Below, one piece after another: positions 49,437-63,092 of a DNA stretch of 64,000 nucleotides; within the stretch, counting starts at the first letter, position 1; each line of letters opens with the position of its first letter. The notes below the pieces were generated by a model. It ran no database searches, had not been told where the DNA came from, and was given only the letters and a program-made list of their open reading frames with translations. The translations under genes were made by a program, and so were the position numbers. Location of the stretch: contig OX597818.1 of the NCBI GenBank assembly GCA_951406725.2, positions 95,728,001-95,792,000 of the forward strand. The letters are read 5' to 3'. This DNA is from Octopus vulgaris (lineage: Eukaryota).

Positions 49437-50957
49437 GAACAGACCTGAGTACATAACTGGTGCCTTACTTAATCAACACCAGAGAGATGTTGAATTCAGT
49501 GGGATTTGAATTGAGAATGTAAAAAGCAGTCTGACAAATGATGTAATGATTCTGCCTTTTAAAAGATGTTTCTGATTTCAAGAGGTGGGGAAGGATAAGT
49601 TGATACCATCAACCTTAGTACATATTTATTTTAATGATCTCAGAAAGATGAAAAGCTAAGTTGATCTCAGCACAAGCAGACATGAGATCTTCATTCCACT
49701 CCATTCAGCAACAATCAGCTGGAATTACTTTAGCATTTAAACCGGCCATATCTGGTCAAAATATTCTACCTGTTTTATGTTCAACCAGGTCAAATCTGGC
49801 CCCTCACATCTATCCTACAATGTCATTCTAAAAATAAACTACCATGTCATCAGAATCTAGAAGCTACAAGATAATTCATGATTAATTTGAAACAATGTGA
49901 ATAAATAAATATTACATTTAGCAGAATAATCTCAACAGTGCCTTAAATGTTGAAAGCATTCAATGATATCCACAAAAAAGGTAAAAAAAAATCAAAATCA
50001 AAAAGAAAATGATTTCCACTTTAGTTTTACTGTGTAGCACCTTGGGTATGCATTCTGTTATGGCCCCAGACCAACCAAAGCCTTATGAGTGAATCTGATA
50101 GACAAAAACTAAGCAGAAACCCTGTATGTGTGTGTTTACATTTGTGCTCTATGAAAGTCACCAACTACAAGCAGAGTTCTTGGCGTTGCTTCATTTCTCC
50201 AACCAGCAAATAGTTTGCTCACTTTTGCAGGGGTATGAAATAAGGGATACTTGTGAAACAGGTAAGGGGTAGCATCAAGAAGAGTATCTAGCTGTAAAAC
50301 AATGCTTCAGTAACATATTCATCTACCCCATGCTAATATGGATAAACAAAAGTCCAAACATGGTCAAATACCCACTAACTGGCTCATGCTGGTGGCACAT
50401 AAAAAGCACTATCTGAACATGATTGATGCCAGGCCTGCTTGACTGGTTCCTGTGCCAGTGGCATGTAAAAGCACCCACTACACTCTTGGAGTGGTTGGCA
50501 TTAGGAAGGGCATCCAGCTGTAGAAACATTGCCAGATAAGATTGGAGGCTGGTGCAGCCGATGGCTCTCCAGACCTCAGTCAAACTGTCCAACCCATGCC
50601 AGCATGGAAAATGAACGTTAAACGGTGATGATAATGATGACCAAAAGGACCTCAAAATAATAGGAAGTGTTACTATGGACTATATTGAGTTCAGTATTTT
50701 ACTAGTATTTATTTTATTGACCCTGAAAGGATGAAAGTCATCAAACCTTGCACAAGGATTGAAATATGAAGAGAGGGCTAGATATTACATCGATCCCAAT
50801 GCTCAACTGATACTTATTTTATTGATACTCAAAAAGATGAAAGGCAAAGTTGACCTTGGTGACATTTGAATTCAGAATGCAAAGTATTTTCTCCAGCACA
50901 GTAATGATTCTACCAGTCTGTCGCCTTACAAAAGATACTATTAATAAACAAACTCAC

Positions 50958-51167
50958 ATGCTCAGGTCCATATAATATATCGGCGTATTCATTGAGAAGA
51001 TTATACATTTCCTTAACAGCTTGACTTTCATTGCGATTACATGTCACCAGAAAACCTCGCATCCCAACATCTATGGAGTTCCATTTCTTACGTTTCTTAT
51101 ACATACATTTCTTATAATAGGTACGTGATCTCTTGCAGCCACTCTTTGGTCCATCATTGCCTCCCAT
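50958..51167 (-). CDS. THUMPD1: THUMP domain-containing protein 1 (NAT10 adaptor for tRNA ac4C), coding exon 1
   Basis: GMRGFLVTCNRNESQAVKEMYNLLNEYADILYGPE motif; donor CAT|GTGAGT. An acceptor at 51185-51186 implies upstream 5'UTR exon(s), with a candidate donor GG|GTAAGT at 51833. Three exons give 352 aa. Confidence 0.95.
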
Positions 51168-54100
51168 TCTGATGTTTATGCAACCTGTAACATAATGAAA
51201 CTGAACAATTAAAGTGGTTCACTCACATAACTGTTGATTAATACTTTTGGAGTAAAGGTAGGTCTTTGAATAGAGATAGATTATTGGAAAAATGTAAAGT
51301 AGGGGTTGGGTTCTTAGTAGAGGTAAGTTTTTGGTGTACAGGTAACAATAGGTATTTCAAGCAGATGTAGGCTTTGGATATAAATACATTCTTTGGGATG
51401 GTTAAGAAGTTTGTTTCTCAGCAACATGGTTTTGGGTTCAGTTTTGGATAAGTGTTTTCTACTATAGTCCCAGGCCGACTAAAGCTTTGTGAGTGCATTT
51501 GGTAGACGGAAACTTATAGAAGTTTGTCGTATGTATATGTGAATGTGTGAGTGTGTATATTTGTGTCTCTTTGTCTTGTCATAACATGATATCTATACAT
51601 GAGTGGCATTGTCATACAGAGTTATTCGTTCCTATTCATATTTTAACTGAATGCCCGAGTAACGAATAACATCATCAAATGCTGACTGATAGCGACAGTA
51701 ACGTTACAACGAAACTCTATATTAAATGCAATAACCAAAATAACTGTGGACCTAAGACATAAAACTTGGCAACTTGAGAATGAAACTGAGTGGTGGAAGC
51801 ATTACAATCAAAAGGCTTCCTTCAGTAACTTACCCAGGATGCAACTGGAACCATGAACTAAGTCAGTAGAAGAGGGGCTAGTATCGCGCATATAACATTT
51901 TGCAGGACCTACCCCTCCCAAAAGGCAGTTTAAACGATTTAATATGCTTAACATGAAGGCCTAAAGAGAAAGTATATTTAAAATCGTCATTTTCAAAAGA
52001 CATTTACTACCCAACCAAACTTTCAGTGTAGTTTTTTTGTTGAGACCCATATCACCTTAGATCGAGCAAACCTACGATCAAATGAGTTCCAGTTGTGACC
52101 ATTTCGTCTTTCCGCATTTCAGAGATTAGATTGTCTAATATATCCTTCATTTATGACGGTAGGGTGTGATGAGGAGATATGTCTATCATTTTTAACAGGC
52201 TGAGCGACTGCGTAGACATTCCTTTGTTATTTTGCCGCCTTTATAATAGAGAGCAGGGTTTATATATATATATAGTGTTGTATTGATGTAGCGAATATAT
52301 ATTCTCGTTTATTAAAATTACGGGACACTTTTGTATTTGTGGGTGGAGGACTGTAAGTTAGGGAGTTGGAATACTATGGTATTAGCAACCTAACTGAAAG
52401 CACAATTGAGGAACCAAAACCAGCACGTGTAGGAAGTACTGAATACCTTGTAAACTGGCTAGAGCATAGTATATTACTGAGACAAACATTAACAATCCAC
52501 AATTGAGGGATGGAACCAAAGGATAAAGACTAGCGAAATTTCAAAAGCTCAATAATAATAGAATAAGCTAGTTACATAGTTACCGGTTAATATTTATACA
52601 TGTGTCAGCTATTAGTTAATAGATCAGTTAACATACTTGTGCCGGTTGTTATAAATATAGTTATACATACCTTCCGTTTTATATATATATGTATATATTC
52701 GAAACAACAGAAATTCAACGATATGCAGAAATAAACAAGAACAACACGAAAGAACACGTGGTGCGTTTGTTTGTAAATTGTCAGTAATCTCCCTTGATAT
52801 TTTAATTATCTCCCTTGTCAACTTACTGCTTCAAAGCTAAAACGACTTCCTAAACGTCAAATCTGTATACTCTTTACTCTTTTACTTGTTTCAGTCATTT
52901 GACTGCGGCCATGCTGAAGCACCGCCTTTAGTCAAGCAAATCGACCCCAGGTCTTATTCTTTGTAAGCCTAGTACTTATTCTATCGGTTTCTTTTGCCTA
53001 ACCGCTATGTTACGGGGACGTAAACACACCAGCATCGGTTGTCAAGCGATGTTGGGAGGACAAACACAGACACACAAACAGATACACACGTATACATATA
53101 TACGACGGGCTTCTTTCAGTTTCCCTCTACCAAATTCACTCACAAGGCTTTTGTTGGCCCTAGGCTATAGTAGAAGACACTTGTCCAAAGTATCACACTG
53201 TGGGAATGAACCCGGAACCATGTGGTTGGTAAGCAAGCTACTTACTACACAGCCATTCCTGCACCTATGTTTGAATTATTTTACTTATTGAGTCAGGGTG
53301 GTGGTTCCTATGCCTTCAACTTCTCCTAAATCAGTGAAACTGATGTTTTTGAAAGTCAACATTTGTTGGAAAGATGTGAAGTAACAGAGGTCCAACATTC
53401 TTCAGAGAAAGGACGGGATGAAGTCATTAGAGCAGGAGCTAAGGGAGGTGGCAGTGGTGCAGGACATTGCAGAGTAATGGGAAGAGAGATGAGTTGGAAT
53501 ACCAGCCTGGAGGTAGCTTGATTTTAACTAGCTCTAAGGAGCAAAGGCCATTATAGTAGAAGTATTGATAGAAAAAGCAGAAGGGGGAGACTGCACACTT
53601 GTGGACTAGAAGTAGGAGTTCGTTTATGTATGCATGCATATATGTGTATCAGTGCACATATGTATGCTGCTACTGCTCCTGCTACTAATGATGATGATGA
53701 TCACCTCCACCACCCACACATATTATTCTTTAGCCCTTAATCTTTGGTTTTGATGCAATAGAAAATGTATACCCCTACTTGGATGATATCTGGATTTTAT
53801 TACAGATACATTGTTGAATAGTTTTATCATGACCACCTTAGCCTCATAGTAGAAATAGGCATTATGAAGTTTCTTTTTATATAAAAGTGCCCCAATCTTA
53901 TGGATCAGATTGTTTCCTTTTTCTCTTACTGGGTCCTTAAATTCTTTTTTAAATTTTAATATTTTAATAGATAAATTTTGCTAAGTTAAGATGCCCCCCA
54001 CCCATATTCCTAATTCCCACACTTAGATCTCAATGTGATCTCCTTTGTTCTCCATTTTAAGCCCCTTTTAGTTGATAATCATAATATGTTAAGCCACCCC

Positions 54101-55140
54101 ACCCGTCCTCTTTCTAGTTATTACCCCGCCTTTATATCATTATCTTACTAGCATCTTCTGACTGATTTTATGGTCATAGTGAAATAGGGGTAGCGAAGAG
54201 TATCTAACATTAATTAATTTATCACCAACAAGAACTTAACTGTTAATTCCTAATGGTTTTGATTCTAAGGGGATATAGACTACTTGCTGCATTGGGTCTG
54301 TTGAATGTGATAAGGATAAAAATGAATGTGTCTATATCACCATTTCTCTTTACTGACCCCCATTATTTCCTTCTGCCACTCTAAATTATAGTAGACTTTA
54401 GGTATTTTTTCCCTATATTCATTCTGATACAATAGCAGAAAAAAGAAACAATATATTGTAGTCCTTAGTATTGATGAAAAACTTGCGAAAAAATTATGAT
54501 GGAGTATCCTGTATGTTGGAAATCTATATGGTCATATCCATCTGAGTAGAGTGGTTTATTTCAAATTGATGTAATATTTGCATTGATCGATGAAATGGAG
54601 CCACTTGAAACAGCTGTAATGCATCGATTACCTGGATATCCTTGTTACTTATTTGCTTTATATATATATATATATATATATAATCATCACCAAGACATAC
54701 AAGAAAACTCACACCTCTATGTACAATGACATAAATGCAGAAGTGAAGGAGCTATCCATGTGATACAGATATATATATAAAAAAAAACATAAATTCAAAA
54801 TGACAAAGAACATTTCAAATAACCACTCCTAAAACACCCTCTTTCCAAAACCCAAGGAAACAAATTCAACTCCAGATTTTTTTTCGGCTAGCTCATATAA
54901 AAAAAGGTATGAGTTTTATATATGAAATTATTCTTGATGAATCCCTGAAAGAGATGAAAGCACTAAATAAATACTTTTTATTCAAATCCTAACTACCTTC
55001 TTTTTCTTAATATGTATAATCTGTACACCACTTTAAACAATGTACACACACACATGGCACACGTGTACACTAACCTGTACATGAATGCTAACATACACAC
55101 ATATTCACACACACAGACGCACACATATATATGCATATAT

Positions 55141-58100
55141 GTTAGTTAGTTAGTTAGTTAATTTGGCTCAAAAGCAAATAGCAAGGCCATGTAGGGGGAC
55201 ATGGAGTTAAGTACAGGGTGGTGTTCATGTAAAGAGTTCAGGCCACTTGAGGTCAAGGGAGGCTTTGAACAAAGCGGTTGTCGGCATCTTCACCATCTCG
55301 TCTGGCAGCTTGTTCCACGGATCCGCAACCCGGACGGAGAAAGCTCCTCTCCTTCGATTGAGATGAAATCGTCGCAGGTAGAGCTTTTCGGAATGACCCC
55401 GCAGCCGACGCTCTGGAGCAGGAGTGAAGAACAGCTCTTTCGAGAGGTTACACTTTCCGCTTATGATGTTGTGGGCGAGAATGAGATCACCACGGCGGCG
55501 GCGTTTTCAAGAGAATAAAGGTCGAGCGTCCTCAGCCTTTCTTCGTAGGACAAATTTTTGAGACCATGAACCATGCGGGTAGCCAGCTTCTGGACTCTTT
55601 CGAGATGCTGTATGTCTTTGAGGAGATAAGGAGAAGAGGCTTGAATCCCATACTCCAATATGGGTCTCACCAGCGTGACATAGAGTGGTAGGAATATGGC
55701 TGCTGCGAGCATTCCGAATGACCGTCGAATCAAGAACAGAATTCCGCGTGCTTTGTTGGCAGCATGGATGCACTGGGCCGAAGGCGAAAAGGAGGAATCC
55801 ACCAAGATACCTAGGTCCTTTACCTGATCGGTCCTCTCCAGCAGCAGACGACCCGGCTCGAAATCAAGTTGAGTTGCAGGAGTAGAGCCGACAGGCAGAT
55901 GACAGCACTTTGACACGTTCAGACACAGGTCCCAATTGTTAGACCACTTCCAAATTTGGTGGAGGCATCGACGAAGATCCTCTATATTACCGCGAGGAGC
56001 GACCAGTTTGATATCGTCGGCAAATAGAAGGGTGTGTTGCGTGAGATCGTCGGGCAAGTCATTTATGAAGACTAAGAACAACAAGGGCCCAAGCACTGAA
56101 CCTTGAGGCACGCCACTGCTCGCACTGGAGACGTCGGACCGCGAACCATTAACTTGGACTTGGAAGAAGCGATCTGAGAGGAAGGCACCAACCCATCGTA
56201 CAATATCCGGATGGAAACTATATGCTTGAAGCTTGACAAGCAATAGGCGGTGGTTTACCGAGTCAAAAGCTTTGGCAAAGTCTAGTAAAACGATGTCAAC
56301 AGCATCACTATCATCGAGGATGCGCGTCACCAATTCTTCCATTACTAGTAGGTTGGTCAAGCATGATCTCTTCGGCACGAAGCCGTGTTGGGAATCAGAG
56401 ATAGAGGCTGTGTTTAGGAGGTGGAGCATCATACTTTTCTTAAGGATGGTTTCGAACATCTTGCTGATAATTGATGTAAGGGAAACCGGTCGGTAGTTAA
56501 GCGGGTCTTCGCGGCTCCCTTTCTTGAAAATTGGGCAGATTATCGCTGTTCTCCAGTCTGCAGGTATAACACCCGTCGCCAATGACATATTGAATAGTCG
56601 TGTTAAGGGCTCGCAGATGACCGGAGCCAACGCTTTGATAACCCGTGGGTGTATGCCGTCAGGGCCGTGACCTTTGTTGACATCGAGGCCTTGAATAACA
56701 CGTTTGACTTCGTCCCGCGTGATGACCAATCGAAGCATTGGAGGTACCGATCTATCAAATGGAGGGGGTTCACGACCATCATCTTGTTTGAAAATAGTTG
56801 AAAAAGCCTCGGCAAATAATTGACTCTGTTGATAAGGGTCCTCAATCGATACACCTGTTGAGTCTACCAACGTTGCAATCTGGTTGTTCAAGCGGGAATT
56901 CCGCTGGACATGGGCAAAGAAGGTTTTTGGATTGCTACTGGCATTTGCCACGATTTTGTATTCGTAACTGAAGCGTTCTTTCTTTTCAATTTTCATGGCT
57001 CGGTCTCGTTGAGTTTTGTACACCTCAAAAGCTGCAGTCGAATCCAGATTTTTGAATTCAGCCCAAGCAATATCTCTGAGTCAACGTTCTCGTTTAACCT
57101 TCTTCGTCACCCAGGGCTTGTGTTTCTTCCTCTTAGGAAGCCCAACGGGAACTGCCTGGTCAGTCAAACAGATTACATATGCTTTGAGGGATGACCATAG
57201 TTCGTCAACTGAGGACAACGTCATCAGGGATCGCCAGTCCAGAAGCGCGGAAGCCTCGGTTAGAATTTCAAGATTAATTGCAGAGAAGACTCTACGTGGC
57301 AGCAAAGTAGTTGTGGGCGTAGAAAAAGTTGTGTGCATGACGAACTTCAGGACCGCATGATCACTCTTGGCAAGAGGGGCGCACACAGATACGTCTGACA
57401 CTGATCTTGGATAGCGGGAGAATACCAGATCTAGCATAGATGGCTGCTGCCCAGACCGATGCCTTGTCGGATATTCAACATGTTGCGATAGAAAACAATC
57501 TTCAGCCACGTCAAGAAGGGCCTGGCCGAACCGGGAAGATGTTGTACAAATTGATGCGGGCCAATTGATCGTGGGAGCGTTGAAGTCTCCTAGTACCAAA
57601 CAGTCATGCGAAGCTGAAACGAATCTTATCGCTTCGAGTAGATGAGCATCGTCCTGGAGGTCGGCAAGAGGCGGCCTGTAGACAGCCAACACGGGCAGGC
57701 AAAATTCAGATAGGCTCAGCTTGCAATAGATGGCATCGAATTTTGTTGTAGGCTGAGCATTAGTGGGTAGAATACCGCTGGACGGTTTGTGCTCAGACTT
57801 AACATACACAGCAACACCTCCACCTCGCCTTTTTCCTCTGTCACATCTGAAAAGGACGTAGCCCTGCAGGTGGATTTCTGAGTCCTTTACTGCTGGAGTC
57901 AGCCAAGTCTCGGTGATAGCTATCACATCAGGGGAGTCACGTATGGCCAGTGTAAATAGTTTACTGAACTTTAGGAATAAGGAGCACGAGTTGGTGTAGA
58001 CGATGCTGAGCTCTGAAGTCTGAGGGGCGGGAGTTGGGGAGCAAGCAGAATAAGGGGTATCAGTGATAGCATCGTTGACGGGGGTATCAACTTCACTTCG

Positions 58101-58148
58101 ATTTGCCCTCACATCACTTTCCCTGTCAGCACTACAGCATGGGACCAT
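55141..58148 (-). mobile_element. CR1-clade LINE, 5'-truncated, near-intact ORF2 (APE endonuclease plus RT) with (TAAC)n tail
   Basis: APE motifs ITETWL, YRPP, GDFN, SDH; RT motifs NYRPVSLTS, QHGF, DFAKAFD, GVPQGSVLGP, FADD; CR1-like LSYEERL..L.L.SLE.RR.RGDLI. One in-frame TGA at 57081-57083, one frameshift at about 55504-55507, natural stop at 55225-55227. Confidence 0.95.
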
Positions 58149-58382
58149 GACAGGCTTCTTTCAGTTTCTGTGTGCCAAATCCACTTGCATGGCTTTGGTC
58201 AACCTGGACCTATCATAGGTACCATATAGTGAGACTGAACCTAAGAACATATGGTGAGGAAGCAAGCTTCTCAACCATGCTTGCACCTATAAAATAATTT
58301 ATATTTATACAGCATTTATATTTATTCATATCATTTATGTTTATATTTCGTAATTACACTATATATTTTAAATCGACAAACC

Positions 58383-59050
58383 ATGAAGGTATCCTATGCC
58401 AACTCTGCTAATTTAGAGCAGCTTATGCACTGCATAAACAATAGCAAAATGCGGCAAAGGTTCAATAACTCACCTACTGGATCTAGCGAACATTTGCATC
58501 TAAACACCAACCAAGGAGATGTAAACTGCATTGATAAACACCAACTACGACCAATTTGTAATAGTAGAAATACTTATGATACAGCTAGCACGGTAACAAC
58601 ACCGGTAAATGGAGTTGGGACTGCCTTATATACAAATAAATACAATAAATGCTCATGCAGAGAAAAATCAAAATGTCCTTTGATGAATCTTTGTATGAGT
58701 ACAAATCTTGTATATAAATGTACCATGCACACAAGAGGAGGGCCCTATGTTTACATTGGGCAGACGGCTGATTCATTTAAGAATTGCTATTGTAACAATG
58801 TTGCCAGCTTTAAGACAATCAATAAGAGATATTCAACATCTTTGGCAGATTTTGTATGGTGACTGAAGGAAGTTAAAACGAAGTACAACATTAAGGTATG
58901 CAAAACTATACAATATAATTTCCAGGAGATGCCGCCTTCTGCTCCGAGGAATCCCTGTCTATTCTGTGGACCAACGAGAAGATAATTAATAAAATTTCTG
59001 AATAACTCGACATGTCTACATGCATATAAATGTACTTTCGCACAATGCAT
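58383..59050 (+). mobile_element. Penelope-like (Naiad-like) GIY-YIG endonuclease relic
   Basis: KVSY..., Cys cluster CSCREKSKCPLMNLC, LVYKC...YVYIGQTADSFK...STSLADFVW*LK. Confidence 0.85.
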
Positions 59051-59587
59051 TGAGAATGAATTTTGAGTAACTGTTAACTTAATTTACATTAAAGTATGGA
59101 TGACTTAAGTTTACTTTCAACCCCTCCATTTTTATAAACACCAAGTAGATAACTCACTCACTTTGTGATCGTGAGAGCATCAAACCTCATGTGTGCATAT
59201 GCTCAAATATTTGCTGATGCTTGTATGAGCGAGTGGTATTTGAGCCATGAAGTTTATACATCTATATACATCCATATCTGTTAAGGGTTATTTTTAATAC
59301 TTTTCTCTCCAGCTTGCTTGTTCATTTCTCTTTTTGCCATCTGTGATTTTATTTTTGATCTTCTATGTAAATGAAGATATTTCCTCCATCGGGCTGTGCT
59401 TCTCTCTACAAAATGGAAAGTTACATTGTGGAACAGTCATTTTAACAAGTTGTATTTATTTATCATCCGACAAGATACATCTGCACCACCAGATGCTCTT
59501 GAACAAAAGATGCAGCCTAGTTCAGGAATCAAACTCACTACCTAAAGATTGTGAGCCTGATGCTCTAACCACTAAGCCATGTGCTTT

Positions 59588-59760
<173 letters not shown>

Positions 59761-60039
59761 TAATGTAGAGCAATGTAGATATAATAAGGAAGGAAACAAA
59801 TCAGAGTGTATAGCTGCAGAGTGAAGGTTGATAATATACTGGAGAGATATTAATTTTGCTAATTGACAAAATGTGAATGTGTGTGTGTGTTAATGTGAAG
59901 TTTCAAGTAGAAATTGGTTGCTGTAGTGGAATTAAGGTATCAGTAGTTCTGATAGCAGTTTGTTGATCTGATGTTGTTGTTGTTGTTGTTATTGTTATGT
60001 TGCTATGGGTGAGAGGTGTGTTGTAGTTATATGTTGTAT

Positions 60040-60600
60040 TGATAATGCTGTTGTCATGGTGGTGGTGGTGATGGTGGTGGTGATGGTGGTGGGGATGGGG
60101 GGTGATGGTGGAGGTGGTGGTGTGGTGCTGGTGATGATGGTGATGGTGCTGTCATAGAGGTGTTAGTGGTGTCAGTGGTGATGGTGATGGTGGTGGTGTT
60201 GGTGTTAGTGTTAATAGTAGGAGTGGTGTCGTTGGCGATGCTGTTGTCATGGTGGTGTTGCAGTTGGTGTTGACAATGGTGTTGTCATGGTGGTGGTGAT
60301 TTCGCTGTTGTGCTGCTGGTGGTGCTACTAATATTTGTTTTTATGATGATAGTGTTGGAGATACTATTGTCATTGTGGTGGTGGTGGTGACAGTGCTGTT
60401 TATGCTGTTGTCATGGTGGTGTGTGTCGTATTTGTGTTGTTGTTGTTGTTGGTGGTGGTGGTAGTGATGTGGGTAGTTTTGATTTGTTGCAGCAGAGATG
60501 AGTCCAACATCCACTACCACCATTGTCATCCTCATCATCATTGTTGTCATCGTCGTCATCATCACCATGATGTTAGTCACACATGTGACTAACATGGTGG
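60040..60600. repeat. Degenerate (GGT/GTT/GAT)n trinucleotide low-complexity region
   Basis: Direct. Confidence 0.9.
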
Positions 60601-60629
60601 CGATAATGGGGGATGAAAAAAAAAAATAA

Positions 60630-61048
60630 GGCGGCGAGCTGGCAGAATTGTTAGCACGCTGGGCGAATTGCTTAGCGATATTTCGTCTGCTGTTATGTTC
60701 TGAGTTCAAATTCCGACGAGGTTGACTTTGCCTTTCATCCTTTCGGGGTCGATAAATTGAGTACCAGTCGCGTACTGGGGTCAATCTAATCGACTTAATC
60801 CGTTTGTCTGTTCTTGTTTGTCCTCTCTGTGTTTAGCCCCTTGTGGGTAGTAAAGAAATAGGTATTTTGTCTGTCGCTACGTTCTGAGTTCAAATTCCAC
60901 CGAGGTCGACTTTGCCCTTCATCCTTCTGGGGTCGATTAAATAAGTACCAGTTACACACTGGGGTCCATACAATCGACTTAATCTGTTTGTCTGTCCTTG
61001 TTTGTCCTCTCTGTGTTTAGCCCCTTGTGGGTAGTAAAGAAATAGGTA
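60630..61048 (+). mobile_element. SINE with tandemly duplicated body (about 185-bp unit twice)
   Basis: GTTCTGAGTTCAAATTCC...GTTTAGCCCCTTGTGGGTAGTAAAGAAATAGGTA occurs twice head-to-tail; only the first has the GGCGGCGAGCTGGCAGAA head. Confidence 0.85.
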
Positions 61049-62179
61049 ATGGGGGATGATGCAGAGTTGTGTGAAGCTGCAGTTGAAACCCTTTTGTTAT
61101 CATCTTTCTCTTGAAATGCAATGCCTTTGTTTCAAATAACATTGAAAATAATGAAGGATCTAGTAAAATAACTGTCAATAGGGAGCTGGTGTAAGGCAGT
61201 GAATAGGCAGAATCCCTAGAGCACTGGATAAAATGGTTTACAGCAGAGGTTCCCAATTGCTGAGGCATGGACCAGTTCTGGGCCACAAAACATTTGGTAC
61301 CAGACAACATAGAAAGAATGAATTTCAAAATTTTTATTTCAGGTTTGGTGATGCAAACAGGAAAAATAGACTTCAAAACATGAGCATTAATATATATCTT
61401 TTTTAAAAATTTATATTTAGCAGAAGCGTCTGTATTTATGCTTTGAGCTTAAATTCTGCCGAGGTCGACATTGCTTTCCATTCCTTCAGGCTTGATAAAA
61501 TAATTACCGGTCAAGCAGTGGGGTCGATGTTGTTGATTTACCCCAACCCCAACCAAAATTACTGGTCTTGTGCCAAAATATGAAACCAATATTTAGCAGA
61601 AGTGTCAGTCATTACATTCTGATTTCAAATTCCACTGAGGCTGACTTTGCCTTTCATCCTTTCAGAATCGATAAAATAAATACCTATGGAACATAGGTTG
61701 ATTTAATTGACTAAGTCCCAACTTGGAACTTGCTGGCCTTGTGCCAAAATTTGAAATCAATATTTATCAGAAGCAACAGAGTGACTCAAGGGCCAAAAGT
61801 TTCCTGCATTAGCACTTATCAAATTCTTTTTGTTTTTACTTTATTAAATATTTCAGTCTGCTGAGTGTTTTTGCATCAGAAGCTCAGAAACATGGTGAGT
61901 GACCAAGACTAACATCCACAAGTTCCAGACATTTGGAGTGGATCTTGCATACATAAAGCGGATTCGATCCACCATAGCCAAATTTAAATTAACACTGCAG
62001 CAGAACTTTTCCCACGGCGGAACAATGGTTTTTCTCTGACAGCAGTTTTACATTTTCCAGATGCCTTTTGCTAGGCCGAAATAATGTCTTCACCACTTGA
62101 TCCTTTCTAACCTCTTCTACTTCACCAAAAGCTAGAATAGAGATAACAAGACCACCAACTAAATCTATTGTTCACAATA

Positions 62180-62716
62180 TTTCTATCCTTCTGGTTAATT
62201 ATAAAAGCAAGAACACCTCAAGACAAAATTCAGTTGGTGATGATTCAACAAGTCCAGTCACATGGTGACGATTCAATGAGAACGAAGTCTGGCTGACCAG
62301 CTAGAACCTTGGTCAGAGGGAGAATGAAGTTTATTGTCAGCAACTGTGAGACAACACCCTACAACTCTCTCTAGCTCTAATTCTGTTCTCTTATGGCATC
62401 ATTCTGTCACTATCTGTTGATTACTACTCATTATTTGTACATGCCATACTATGCAAAGAAAGATTCTACTGCATCTAACTTTCTTTCGCATGCTTTTGGA
62501 TTTATCATAACCTGCCTGTCAAGGCAAGGTATTGTAATGTATTGGTATGCTGCTATAATAACAAATTTTTATCGTTACAACTGCTGACTCCAACATTTCA
62601 TAATATTGTTTACCAATGAATTTCTCCCTCTACAATTGGTGACCCTCGGCTTCAACTAAAAACTTTATCGTTACAATTGGTGACCCTTGACTTCAACTAA
62701 AAGCTTTATCATTACA
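62180..62716 (+). mobile_element. LTR remnant with duplicated LTR end and PBS
   Basis: TACA-AT-TGGTGACCC occurs twice with a 41-bp period; TGGTGACCC matches the complement of the tRNA-Trp 3' end. Left boundary uncertain. Confidence 0.5.
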
Positions 62717-62729
62717 CATTCACTAACAG

Positions 62730-63092
62730 TTGTCTCAGAAACATCCTAAGCATCAGGTGGCCAGAGGGCATCTCAAATGAACAACTGTGGGGCAGGACAG
62801 GACAAGCCCCAATTGAGATATATATCAAGCAATGAAAATGGGGATAGATAGGCCACATGCTATGAAAGCCTGCACCAAATGTCACCAAGCAGGCCCTTGA
62901 CTGGAACCCATAGGGGAAGCGAAAAGTGAGCCAACTAAAACAGTCTTGGTGCAGGAATGTTAACCCAGAGGTGAGGGCAGCCGGAATGACGTGGGCCGAG
63001 CTGAAGAGGATCCTATGTTCCCTGAGGAATCAAGCTGAAGAGGATCCTATGTTCCCTGAGGAATCAAGAGGCCTAAGAAGAAGAAGAAGAAG
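62730..63092 (+). mobile_element. RTE-type LINE 3' fragment with (AAG)n tail
   Basis: CLRNILSIRWPEGISNEQLWGRTGQ...IGHML*KP...TKQALDWNP*GKRK; exact 34-bp tandem duplication at 62999-63066. Confidence 0.85.

Noticed and set aside
57081-57083. Programmed readthrough or selenocysteine at the in-frame TGA of the LINE ORF2
   Set aside because: It lies in an Arg/Lys-rich linker and is most simply a CGA to TGA CpG mutation.
58860-58862. Selenocysteine codon in the Naiad-like endonuclease
   Set aside because: The TGA is in W*LK, not a conserved Cys position, and the copy is otherwise decayed.
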